Assembly: GCA_038234375.1 (NCBI GenBank)
Contig: JBBSUL010000001.1
Location: forward strand, 1-60,347
Length of the DNA: 60,347 nt
Direction: 5' to 3'
DNA from: Solirubrobacterales bacterium
GTDB taxonomy: Bacteria > Actinomycetota > Thermoleophilia > Solirubrobacterales > Solirubrobacteraceae
Shown here piece after piece: positions 41,212-49,572 of this stretch; the first letter of the stretch is position 1, and every line of letters starts with the position of its first letter. A model generated the notes under the pieces. That model had not been told where the DNA came from and searched no databases. It saw only the letters and a program-made list of their open reading frames with translations. The position numbers and the translations under genes are program-made.

Positions 41212-41273
41212 CATGGCATGACGGTGTAAGACCTCGTGACAAGCCGCCGTAGGACCACTTGCGCGGGGCGCGA

Positions 41274-42752
41274 TCAGAGGATGCGGGCGGCCTCGGCGAG
41301 GCCGAGCAACGGCTCCGCGGCCAGCCCGCCCAGCACCGTCGCCGCGGCCATCGTGGCCATCGCGGCGCGCAGGCCCCGGTGACGCCGGACGGGACCGGGT
41401 GTGGGCGTTCCGCGGTCGAGGATCGCGGGCGCGCAGAGGCGCAGGTAGAAGACCAGCGAGATCACCGTGTTGACCACGGCGACGACCGCCAGCCACGACT
41501 GCCCGGCGTCGATCGACGCGCGGAAGACCTCGAGCTTGGCGAAGAACCCGGCCAGCGGCGGCAGCCCCAGGAGGGAGAGCGCCGAGAGGGTCAGGGCGGC
41601 CGTCCACCACGGGTGCGCGCGCCCGAGGCCACGCAGGGCGTCCAGGTCCACCGAGCGGCGCTCGCGCTGCACGGCGATGATCACCGCGAACGCCGTGAGG
41701 TTGGCCACCGCGTAGGCCATGGCGTAGAAGGCGAAGGACGACAGGCCGCCCGGGGAGCGCTCGATCGCGGCGATCCCCATGAGCAGGTAGCCGGACTGCG
41801 CGATCGAAGAGTAGGCCAGCAGGCGTACGGTGTTGCGCTGGCCGAGCGCCGCGAGGTTGCCGAGGGTCATCGTCAGCGCCGCGAGCACGGCGATCGCCGT
41901 GGACCAGCCCGCGGTGTCGCCCGGCAGCGCGAGGGGCAGGACCCGGGCGATGGCGGCCAGGCCGGCGAGCTTGGAGACGACCGAGAGGTAGGCGGCGACC
42001 GAGAGCGGGGCGCCGTCGTAGGCGTCCGGCGTCCAGAAGTGGAAGGGGACGAGGGCGGCCTTGTAGCCGAGGCCGACGAGCACGAGGGCGGTGGAGCCGA
42101 CCACGACGCCGGTCGGCGCGTCCGGCAGCGCCCGGCCGACCGCGGCCAGGCTCGTGGACCCGGTCACCCCGAACCACCACGACAGCCCGTAGGTCATCGC
42201 CGCGCCGGACACCGTGCCGAACAGGTAGTACTTGATCGATGCCTCGTTGCCGCGGGGCGAGTCGCGCAGGTAGCCGGTGAGCACGAACGTCGCCAGGCTG
42301 GACAGGCCCAGGGAGATGGCCAGCAGGCCGATGTCCGCAGCCGAGCCGAGCACGACGGCGCCAAGCGAGGCGGCGGCGAGCAAGGCACCGAACTCGCCCT
42401 CGCGGTCGGTGCCCGAGACGGTGGGGTGGGCCAGGGCGACGCATGCCGCTCCACCGACGCCGACGATCATGCACAGCATCAGCGACAGGCCGTCGACCAT
42501 CACGGTGCCCGACATGACCGCCTTGAAGCCACGGTCGGCCCAGACGACGCCGGCCACCGCGGCGGCCGCCAGGTGCCCGGTGGCGACGAAGACGCCGACG
42601 GCGCCCTGGCGTCCGCGCGGCAGCACGATGGCCAGCAGCACCGCGCCCAGCGCGGTGACCACGAGCGCGCCGATGGGCACGAGCCACACGAGCTCGTGGA
42701 GCATCGTGTCCTCGACGGCCTTGGCCTGCGCGTAGGTGCCGACGTTGTCCAT
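41274..42752 (-). CDS. nuoN: Complex I antiporter-like subunit N
   Basis: EASIKYY, K..LVPFHFWTPDAYDGAP, RLLAYSSI, GLPPLAGFFAK. Confidence 0.92.
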   Translation of the reverse strand: MDNVGTYAQAKAVEDTMLHELVWLVPIGALVVTALGAVLLAIVLPRGRQGAVGVFVATGHLAAAAVAGVVWADRGFKAVMSGTVMVDGLSLMLCMIVGVGGAACVALAHPTVSGTDREGEFGALLAAASLGAVVLGSAADIGLLAISLGLSSLATFVLTGYLRDSPRGNEASIKYYLFGTVSGAAMTYGLSWWFGVTGSTSLAAVGRALPDAPTGVVVGSTALVLVGLGYKAALVPFHFWTPDAYDGAPLSVAAYLSVVSKLAGLAAIARVLPLALPGDTAGWSTAIAVLAALTMTLGNLAALGQRNTVRLLAYSSIAQSGYLLMGIAAIERSPGGLSSFAFYAMAYAVANLTAFAVIIAVQRERRSVDLDALRGLGRAHPWWTAALTLSALSLLGLPPLAGFFAKLEVFRASIDAGQSWLAVVAVVNTVISLVFYLRLCAPAILDRGTPTPGPVRRHRGLRAAMATMAAATVLGGLAAEPLLGLAEAARIL

Positions 42753-42758
42753 GGTGGT

Positions 42759-44240
42759 TCAGCCCGCGCCGACCAGCCACGCGGCCGACCCCGCGACGTC
42801 GAGGATCACCCTGGGATACACGCCGATGGCCACGAACGCCGCGACGAGCGGCAGCGCGGCGAGCGCCTCGCGCCCGTCCAGGTCCGGCAGGAACGCGAAG
42901 CGGTCGGGCGTCGGGCCCATGAAGGCGGACTGCAGCACGCGCAGGAACAGCGCGGCGGTGACCGCCAGGCCGAGCAGGGCCAGTCCGGCGATGACGGGGA
43001 ACACGTCGAACGTCCCGAGGAAGATCTGCAGCTCGGCGGGGAACTGGGCCAGGCCGGGGATGCCCAGCGACGCGAAGCAGGCGATCGCGACGAGGACGCC
43101 GAGACGCGGCAGGGGCCCGAGCAGGCCCGCCAGCTCCCGCAGGTCCCGCGTGTGGGTGCGCTGCTTCAGCAGGCCGGCGAGCAGGAACAGCGCGGCGGTC
43201 ACCAGGCCGTGGGCGACCATCTGCAGCACGGCGCCGTCGATGGCCAGCTCGCGCCCGCGCGGGCTGATGCCGCTCGCCGCCGCCGCGGCGACGGCCATGA
43301 CCACGTAGCCCATGTGGTTGACCGAGGTGTAGGCGATGAGGCGCTTGAGGTCGGTCTGGGCCAGCGCGATGAGCGTGCCCCAGAGCGCCGAGACCAGGCC
43401 GAGGATCGCCACCGCGAGCGCGTACTTGGCGAACGGGGCTGAGAGCATCTGCAGGTTCACGCGGACCAGGCCGTAGGTGCCCATCTTCAGCAGCACCCCG
43501 GCGAGCAGGATGGACCCCGTCGTCGGCGCCTGGACGTGGGCGGCGGGCAGCCAGGTATGGAACGGGACGATCGGCGTCTTGATGGCGAAGCCGACGAGGA
43601 AGGCCAGGAACACGAGGCTGGCGGCGGTCCCGGCGTCCTGGTAGGCCGGGTCGGCGGCCAGGCGGATCATGTCGAAGGTGTGCGGCTCGGAGTGCAGGTA
43701 CAGGGCGATGATCCCGAGCAGCACCGGCAGCGAGCCGATCAGGGTGTAGAGGAAGAACTTCAGGGCCGCATAGCGGCGCTCCTCCTCGCCCCACAGGGCG
43801 ATGAGGAAGTACATCGCCACGAGCGTCACGTCGAAGGCGACGTAGAAGAGGATGAAGTCCTCGGCGAGGAAGAAGGCCAGCGTCGAGCCCTCCAGCAGCA
43901 GCAGCAGGCCGCACGCGGCGCGGCCCATCGGCCGCGGCCCGACACCGTGGACGACGCTGACCGCGAACAGCAGCACGGTCAGCGCGCAGAGCGCGAGGGC
44001 CATCCCGTCCACGCCCAGGCGCCAGGCGACGTCGAGGGTGGGGATCCACCGCGCCTCTTCGACGAGCTGCATGCCCTGGCCCGGATCGAAGCGCACCCAG
44101 GTGGCCACGATGCAGGCGGCGCTGATCGCGGTCATCGCCGCGGCCAGCGCCAGGGGTGTGCGGCCCTCGCGCACAGGGAGGAAGGGGCTCAGGGCGGCGC
44201 CCAGGAGGGGGGCGAGGACGGCGATCGAGAGCAGGGGCAT
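42759..44240 (-). CDS. nuoM: Complex I antiporter-like subunit M
   Basis: KFFLYT, KTP.VPFHTWLP.AHVQAP, LLKMGTYG, KRLIAYTSVNHMG. Confidence 0.93.
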   Translation of the reverse strand: MPLLSIAVLAPLLGAALSPFLPVREGRTPLALAAAMTAISAACIVATWVRFDPGQGMQLVEEARWIPTLDVAWRLGVDGMALALCALTVLLFAVSVVHGVGPRPMGRAACGLLLLLEGSTLAFFLAEDFILFYVAFDVTLVAMYFLIALWGEEERRYAALKFFLYTLIGSLPVLLGIIALYLHSEPHTFDMIRLAADPAYQDAGTAASLVFLAFLVGFAIKTPIVPFHTWLPAAHVQAPTTGSILLAGVLLKMGTYGLVRVNLQMLSAPFAKYALAVAILGLVSALWGTLIALAQTDLKRLIAYTSVNHMGYVVMAVAAAAASGISPRGRELAIDGAVLQMVAHGLVTAALFLLAGLLKQRTHTRDLRELAGLLGPLPRLGVLVAIACFASLGIPGLAQFPAELQIFLGTFDVFPVIAGLALLGLAVTAALFLRVLQSAFMGPTPDRFAFLPDLDGREALAALPLVAAFVAIGVYPRVILDVAGSAAWLVGAG

Positions 44241-46066
44241 CAGGTGAGGGCGGTGATGGCCAGCAGGATGGCGATGGCGGCGACGCCGAGCACGGCGTCG
44301 CGCAGGTACTCGTACAGGCGGCCGGACTGCAGGCGCTGTGTGCGCGCGCCGCCGTGCCCGACGGCGTGCGCGAGGCCGTCGACGGCCGCATCGATGCCGT
44401 GCAACTCCACGCGGTCGGCGGCGTGGGCCGCGCGCACGGTCGCCCGGGCGCCCGCGTCGACCACCCGGTCCACGACACGTCGCTCGGCGGCGTCCAGCGC
44501 CCGGGCCAGCGCGAGCGTCGGCCGCTGGACGACGACGCGCAGCAGCAGCTCCAGGTGCAGCTGGTGGGCGGCCGCGGAGCGCAGGGCCTGCGGCACGCGC
44601 ACGGCCAGCAGCACCCCGCCCGCTCCGACGCCCAGCGCGGCGATCGAGAGCACGAGGCTCGGCGTCGATGTCGGCAGGGCGGGGGCGTGCAGGACCGTGC
44701 GGAGGGGGCCGCCGAGCACACCGAGGAGGATCGAGGCCCCCGCGAGCGCCCCGCACGCGGCGAGCATCGCCGGCCGGCCCTCGCGGCGCACGGGGTGCCC
44801 GGCGCCCGCGCGATCCCACAGCACCAGGGCGGGGCGCAGGACGTAGGCCGCGCCCCCGGCGGCGGCCAGCAGCACGAGGACGAACCACGCGGTGTGGCTC
44901 TCGGAGGCGGCCGCGATGTGGTCCTTGCTCCAGAACACCGCCAGCGGCGGGACGGCGGCGATCGAGGCGCCGCACACCGCGAAGGCCGTCATCGCGCCCC
45001 GCGCGTCGCGCCCGGCCCCCCGCAGGTCCGCCAGGGCGGTGCTGGAGCGGTCGCGCTGGAAGACCCCGGCGCACAGGAACATGCCGGCCTTGCCGGCCGC
45101 GTGGGCGACGAGATGGAACACGCCGACGGCCGGGCCGCCGGCGGCCACCCCGACGAACATGAGCCCGAGCTGGCTGGCCGTCGATCCGGCCAGCACGCGC
45201 TTGAGGTCGTCCTGGCCCAGGGCGATGAGCGCCCCGGCCACCGCGGTCAGCGCCCCGACCCAGCCCGCGACCTGCAACGGCCATCCGGCCAGCAGCTGCG
45301 CCGAGCGGGCCAGCAGGTAGACGCCGGCGGCGACCATCGTGGCCGAGTGCAGCAGCGCGCTGACCGGGGTGGGGCCGGCCATCGCACCCGACAGCCACGT
45401 CGACAGCGGGACCTGGGCGCTCTTGCCCATCGCCGCGACCACGAGCCCGAGGCCGATGGCGGCGCCGAGCGCCCCGGGCGGGCGGTCCTGGCCGAAGGCG
45501 AGGCTGCCGGACGCGGCCACGAGCGCCAGCACCGCCAGGTACAGGCCGACGTCGGCGGTGCGCGTGGTCAGGAACGCCCGCACCGAGGCCGCGGCCGCGG
45601 CCGGGTCGCTGCGGTGGTGCGCGATGAGGCGGGCGCTGGCCACCCCGACGAGCTCCCAGAAGATCAGCAGCGTCAGATAGCCGTCGGCGAGGACGAGGCC
45701 CTGCATCGCCGCCAGGAAGGCCAGCAGACCGGCGAGGGCCGAGCGTCCTTGCGGGTCGTCGGCGAAGTACCCGGTGGCGTGCACGAGCACCACGAGGCCG
45801 ATGACGGCGACGGTCACGGCCATCACCGCGCCCAGGCCGTCCAGGCGCAGCCCGGCGTCCAGGCCGCCCGAGGCGTTCAGCCAGCGCAGCGTCGAGGTGG
45901 CGCGCCGACCGTCGGCGGCCGCGACGAGCAGGACGACGGCGGGAACCGACGCGGCCACCGCGCCGGTCAGCGTGGCCACGGCGGCGACACGGTCGGGCAA
46001 GGCCCGCACGAGCCCCGCGGCGACCAGGGGGACGAGCACCGCCGACCACAGCAGCACGCCGGTCAT
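44240..46066 (-). CDS. nuoL: Complex I antiporter-like subunit L
   Basis: FWELVG, GKSAQ.PL..WL..AMAGPTPVSALLHSATMVAAG, SKD.I, QSG. Confidence 0.93.
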   Translation of the reverse strand: MTGVLLWSAVLVPLVAAGLVRALPDRVAAVATLTGAVAASVPAVVLLVAAADGRRATSTLRWLNASGGLDAGLRLDGLGAVMAVTVAVIGLVVLVHATGYFADDPQGRSALAGLLAFLAAMQGLVLADGYLTLLIFWELVGVASARLIAHHRSDPAAAAASVRAFLTTRTADVGLYLAVLALVAASGSLAFGQDRPPGALGAAIGLGLVVAAMGKSAQVPLSTWLSGAMAGPTPVSALLHSATMVAAGVYLLARSAQLLAGWPLQVAGWVGALTAVAGALIALGQDDLKRVLAGSTASQLGLMFVGVAAGGPAVGVFHLVAHAAGKAGMFLCAGVFQRDRSSTALADLRGAGRDARGAMTAFAVCGASIAAVPPLAVFWSKDHIAAASESHTAWFVLVLLAAAGGAAYVLRPALVLWDRAGAGHPVRREGRPAMLAACGALAGASILLGVLGGPLRTVLHAPALPTSTPSLVLSIAALGVGAGGVLLAVRVPQALRSAAAHQLHLELLLRVVVQRPTLALARALDAAERRVVDRVVDAGARATVRAAHAADRVELHGIDAAVDGLAHAVGHGGARTQRLQSGRLYEYLRDAVLGVAAIAILLAITALT

Positions 46067-46371
46067 CCGCGCAGCTGCGTCAGGTCGTCGGCTTCGGCGG
46101 TGCGGCTGTGGCGGAAGGCGCTGACCACGAGCGCGAAGCCGATGGCGCCCTCGACGGCCATGAGCGTCATGAGGATGAGCACGAAGAACGCGCCGGAGGT
46201 CGCGTCGGGCCAGGTGTACCGCAGGAAGCCGACGACGTTCAGCGCGGCGGCCCCGAGCATGAGCTCGACGCCCATGATGATCATGATCGTGTTCGTCTGG
46301 CCCAGGACGCCGTACACGCCGACGCCGAACAGCAGGGCGGCGCTGACCAGGACCAGCGGCAGCGAGATCAT
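46063..46371 (-). CDS. nuoK: Complex I subunit K
   Basis: M.VELML, A.E.AIG, terminal L.G. Confidence 0.9.
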   Translation of the reverse strand: MISLPLVLVSAALLFGVGVYGVLGQTNTIMIIMGVELMLGAAALNVVGFLRYTWPDATSGAFFVLILMTLMAVEGAIGFALVVSAFRHSRTAEADDLTQLRG

Positions 46372-46910
46372 CACTCGCGCTCCTCGCCGGCCGGGGCATC
46401 CAGGCCCAGGCGCCCGCCGTGCTGGGCCAGCAGCACCCCGCCGATCATCGCGAAGAGGATCGTCACGCCGGCGAACAGGAAGGAGAACATCGAGCGGCTC
46501 ATGACCTCGAAGCCGATGGCCTCCACGTCCGGGGCCGACCGGCCGGCCACGCGGCCCGGCCAGTCGGTCGCCACGGCGAGCACGGCCAGCGCCGCCGTCA
46601 CCGCGACGGCGACCGCCGCCGAGCGACGGGGCTGGTGGGTCATGTCCATGCCCATCAGACCACCCGGGTCGGGCATGAACATGACCATGAAGAAGGTCAT
46701 GACGACCATCTCCCCGCTCATCATGAGGACCATCAGCACCCCGAGGAACTCGCTGGCCAGGGCGAGGAACAGCAGGCCCTCGAAGCCCAGCGCGCCGAGC
46801 AGCAGCAGGCCGGCGCGGGCCATCGAGCTCGTGCGGAAGACCTGCACCGCGGTGACGAGCATCAGCGCGGCGGCGGGCCAGAAGACCAGCGCGGTGGCCA
46901 CCGCGCTCAT
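46371..46910 (-). CDS. nuoJ: Complex I subunit J-like, Met-rich
   Basis: Position between nuoH and nuoK, five TM, EFLG, AMIGG. Confidence 0.8.
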   Translation of the reverse strand: MSAVATALVFWPAAALMLVTAVQVFRTSSMARAGLLLLGALGFEGLLFLALASEFLGVLMVLMMSGEMVVMTFFMVMFMPDPGGLMGMDMTHQPRRSAAVAVAVTAALAVLAVATDWPGRVAGRSAPDVEAIGFEVMSRSMFSFLFAGVTILFAMIGGVLLAQHGGRLGLDAPAGEERE

Positions 46911-47815
46911 CGGTAGAACACCAGGGTGACCAGGCCGCCCCAGGCGATGGCGACGATGGCCAGCGGGTTGGCCAGCCGCCAGGCCAGCGAGACGACCTGG
47001 TCCACGGGCATCCGCGGCAGGCGCGTGGCGCTCCACAGCAGCAGGGCGGCGACGGCCGCGGTCTTGATCGCCATCCACAGCGCCCCGGGCAGCAGCGGCC
47101 CGTGCCAGCCGGCGAGGAACAGCGCGGCGGTCATGCCCGAGACCGCGAGGATGAGGATGCGCTGGGCGAGGTCGACGAGGGCGCGGTCCAGCCCGCGGTA
47201 CTCGTCGAACACGCCGCCGCGCAGCTCGCCGGAGGCCTGCGCGACGTCGAACGGGGAAAGGAAGCACACGGCCTGCACCGCGGGCAGCCACAGCGCGAAG
47301 GCCAGCGGCTGCACGAGCGCGGCGGGCACGGCGTGCTGGACGTCGACGATGTCGGTGACGCGCAGCGACCCGGCGGGCGCGGCGACGGCGGTCAGCGTCA
47401 TCGCCAGGGGCATGGCGTAGGCGAGCATCAGCGCGATCCAGCGGAAGGCTCCGACCACGGCCAGCGGTCGCCCGGAGCCCCAGCCGGCCATGAAGATGGC
47501 CGGGGTCACGTAGGCGAGCATCGCCGGGAAGGCGATCGCCCCCGTGGAGAGGTCGATGCCGCGGAAGGACGGAGACCACGGGACGAAGGCCAGCGCGCCG
47601 ACCGCGCCGAGCACGAGCAGCAGCGGAGCCAGGTGGAAGAGCACGCCGTCGCGCTGCTCGGGCACCGAGATCGGCTCGGCGAACGCGCGCCGGACCGCGA
47701 GGACCATCTCGCCCGGGCCCGCGGCGCGGGGGTCGATGGCGTGGTGCAGGAGGCCGAGCGCACCCGAGCCGGCCAGCGCCACGAGCAGGATCCACACGGG
47801 GGTCAGCTCGCTCAT
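46907..47815 (-). CDS. nuoH: Complex I subunit H-like
   Basis: AGW.S, GAFR, PFD...A..EL.GG...EY.G, LFLAGW.G, PR...DQ. Confidence 0.88.
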   Translation of the reverse strand: MSELTPVWILLVALAGSGALGLLHHAIDPRAAGPGEMVLAVRRAFAEPISVPEQRDGVLFHLAPLLLVLGAVGALAFVPWSPSFRGIDLSTGAIAFPAMLAYVTPAIFMAGWGSGRPLAVVGAFRWIALMLAYAMPLAMTLTAVAAPAGSLRVTDIVDVQHAVPAALVQPLAFALWLPAVQAVCFLSPFDVAQASGELRGGVFDEYRGLDRALVDLAQRILILAVSGMTAALFLAGWHGPLLPGALWMAIKTAAVAALLLWSATRLPRMPVDQVVSLAWRLANPLAIVAIAWGGLVTLVFYR

Positions 47816-49029
47816 GCGGTCGCCGCCCACCCGGAGAGGTCGAAGGACACGAGGGTGGCCAGCGCGGCCGACCATTCGGCGCCGAGGGCGGCCGCTGCGG
47901 CCAGGTCGGCCGTGGCGGCCGCCGCGTGGTCGCCGGCACCGAGCGGGCCGCGCGGCCCCTCGACGGTGGCGGCGGATGGCGGGGGGCACACGGTGCCGGC
48001 GCGCGCCGCGGAGGCCGCGGCGGCGGCGAGGACGACGGCCTGCAGGGCCTCGCCGGCGCGCACGAGCGTCCGGGCCAGCGCGTCACCGGCGGTGTGGGCG
48101 AGGACGGGCTGGAAGCCGAGGTGGGCGTAGGCCGGATCGCCGCTGCGCACGTCGTCGTTCAGACCGCAGGCTCGCGCCACCGGGCCGCGAGCCGCAGCGG
48201 CGTCGCCGGAGCTGACGGTGCCGACCCCCGCCAGGCGCCGGCGCAGCGGACGGTCGGCGGCCACCAGGCGGCTCAGACAGCCGACGGCGTCCCGCCCGTC
48301 GGGCGTCCCGGCGTGCAGCGTGCGGATGACCGCGCCCGCGGCGGCGACGAGGCGGCCGTGATCCAGCAGCCGGCCCAGCGCCCGCAGCCACGCGGCGTGG
48401 CTGAGGGCGCGCTCGCGCTCGACGGTGGCGATGAGGCCCCAGCGCTCCGGGCCGCTCGTGGCTGCCGAGGCGCGGGCCTGCTCATTCCGCGTGGCGCGGG
48501 CCGCCGGGGTCAGGGGGTCGCCGCCGACGCCGGCGAGGGTGCGGGCCACCCGGCAGGCGGCGACGACGTCCCCGTCGAGCGTGATCTGCGCGGTCACGCC
48601 CGCGGGCAGCGGGGGCCCGAGCGGGCCGAGCGTCAGGTCGATGTCCTCCATGACCAGGCCGTCGGCGGACGGATCGCCGATGATGGCCATCATGTCGTGG
48701 TCGTCGTGCTCCTCCTCGTGCCCGTGGTGGCCGTCCTCCTCGGGGGCCGGCGTCACGTCCCCGCGCGCGGCACGGGCGACGACGTCCCGCAGGCGCGGCC
48801 CGGCCGTCGCGCCCGCCGTGGGGCTGTGCACCGTCAGGCCCGCCGGCGCATCGCCCAGCCAGCGCCCCAGCGCGCGGTGAAGGCCCTCGGGCACCCGGTC
48901 GGGGCACAGCAGCACACGCGTCGATGCCGGACTCACGGCGGGCGTCAGCGACGTCGTGTCCTGGCCCCACGCGGCCCAGTGCTGCTCGTCGGGGACGATG
49001 AGGACGCCACGCGTCTGCGGCGCGTTCAC
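47812..49029 (-). CDS. Degenerate NuoB/NuoD-like fusion with His/acidic linker
   Basis: NuoD-like LGP...LDGD.V, E.ER..SH..W, GP.ARA.G...D.R..DP.Y, GDA.AR..VR..E, VE.PRG, S.D.S; N-terminal SP...VLL segment resembling NuoB without its Cys set. Confidence 0.7.
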   Translation of the reverse strand: MNAPQTRGVLIVPDEQHWAAWGQDTTSLTPAVSPASTRVLLCPDRVPEGLHRALGRWLGDAPAGLTVHSPTAGATAGPRLRDVVARAARGDVTPAPEEDGHHGHEEEHDDHDMMAIIGDPSADGLVMEDIDLTLGPLGPPLPAGVTAQITLDGDVVAACRVARTLAGVGGDPLTPAARATRNEQARASAATSGPERWGLIATVERERALSHAAWLRALGRLLDHGRLVAAAGAVIRTLHAGTPDGRDAVGCLSRLVAADRPLRRRLAGVGTVSSGDAAAARGPVARACGLNDDVRSGDPAYAHLGFQPVLAHTAGDALARTLVRAGEALQAVVLAAAAASAARAGTVCPPPSAATVEGPRGPLGAGDHAAAATADLAAAAALGAEWSAALATLVSFDLSGWAATA

Positions 49030-49349
49030 CCTGACTCCAGCGCGCCCTCGCGCCACGCGTAGAGGATGCCGAGCCCCAGAACGGTGAGGAAGAAGCCGAT
49101 CTCCGCGTAGGCGAACACGCCGAGTCGGCGGAAGACGACCGCCCACGGGTACATGTAGGCCATCTCCATGTCGAAGGCGATGAACAGCAGCGCCACGACG
49201 TAGTACCGCACGTGGTACCTGGGCCACGCGGGCGCCTGCCCGGGATGGCGGACCACGACCCCCCGCCGGACGAGCGTCGTGCCGTAGGCACACGCGATCA
49301 GACCGGCGGTCAGAACGAGAAGGACGAAGAAGAGCTCCAGGGCGGTCAT
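49026..49349 (-). CDS. nuoA: Complex I subunit A
   Basis: VRYY.VALLFI.FD.E...YPWA, Y.WR.GAL. Confidence 0.9.
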   Translation of the reverse strand: MTALELFFVLLVLTAGLIACAYGTTLVRRGVVVRHPGQAPAWPRYHVRYYVVALLFIAFDMEMAYMYPWAVVFRRLGVFAYAEIGFFLTVLGLGILYAWREGALESG

Positions 49350-49572
49350 GACGGTCGCGACGGATCCTACGCCGCGTCGGATGGCCGCCTACCCGTCGTC
49401 GCGGCGGACTGATCATGTCCGCGGCGGCAAGGGGCGGGCCGTCGGTGGGCGAGCGAGACTGCGCCAACATATCCTACGGACTGTAAGAGGACACACGCAA
49501 GAGTGTTGGCGGCGCGCTAAACGTGCAAAGGATCGCGCCGCGGTTTCCCATCCTCCTCGCCGAAAGGCCCGT

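Noticed and set aside
39916-44721. 1601-aa ORF as a giant protein
   Set aside because: Only the last ~388 aa (multicopper oxidase) are real; the rest is an off-frame shadow of nuoL/M/N in GC-rich DNA.
41274-49349. Ordinary respiratory nuo operon, Mrp antiporter or group 4 hydrogenase
   Set aside because: No nuoC/E/F/G/I and no Fe-S or NiFe cysteine motifs; NuoH, NuoA and NuoD-like subunits are not part of Mrp.
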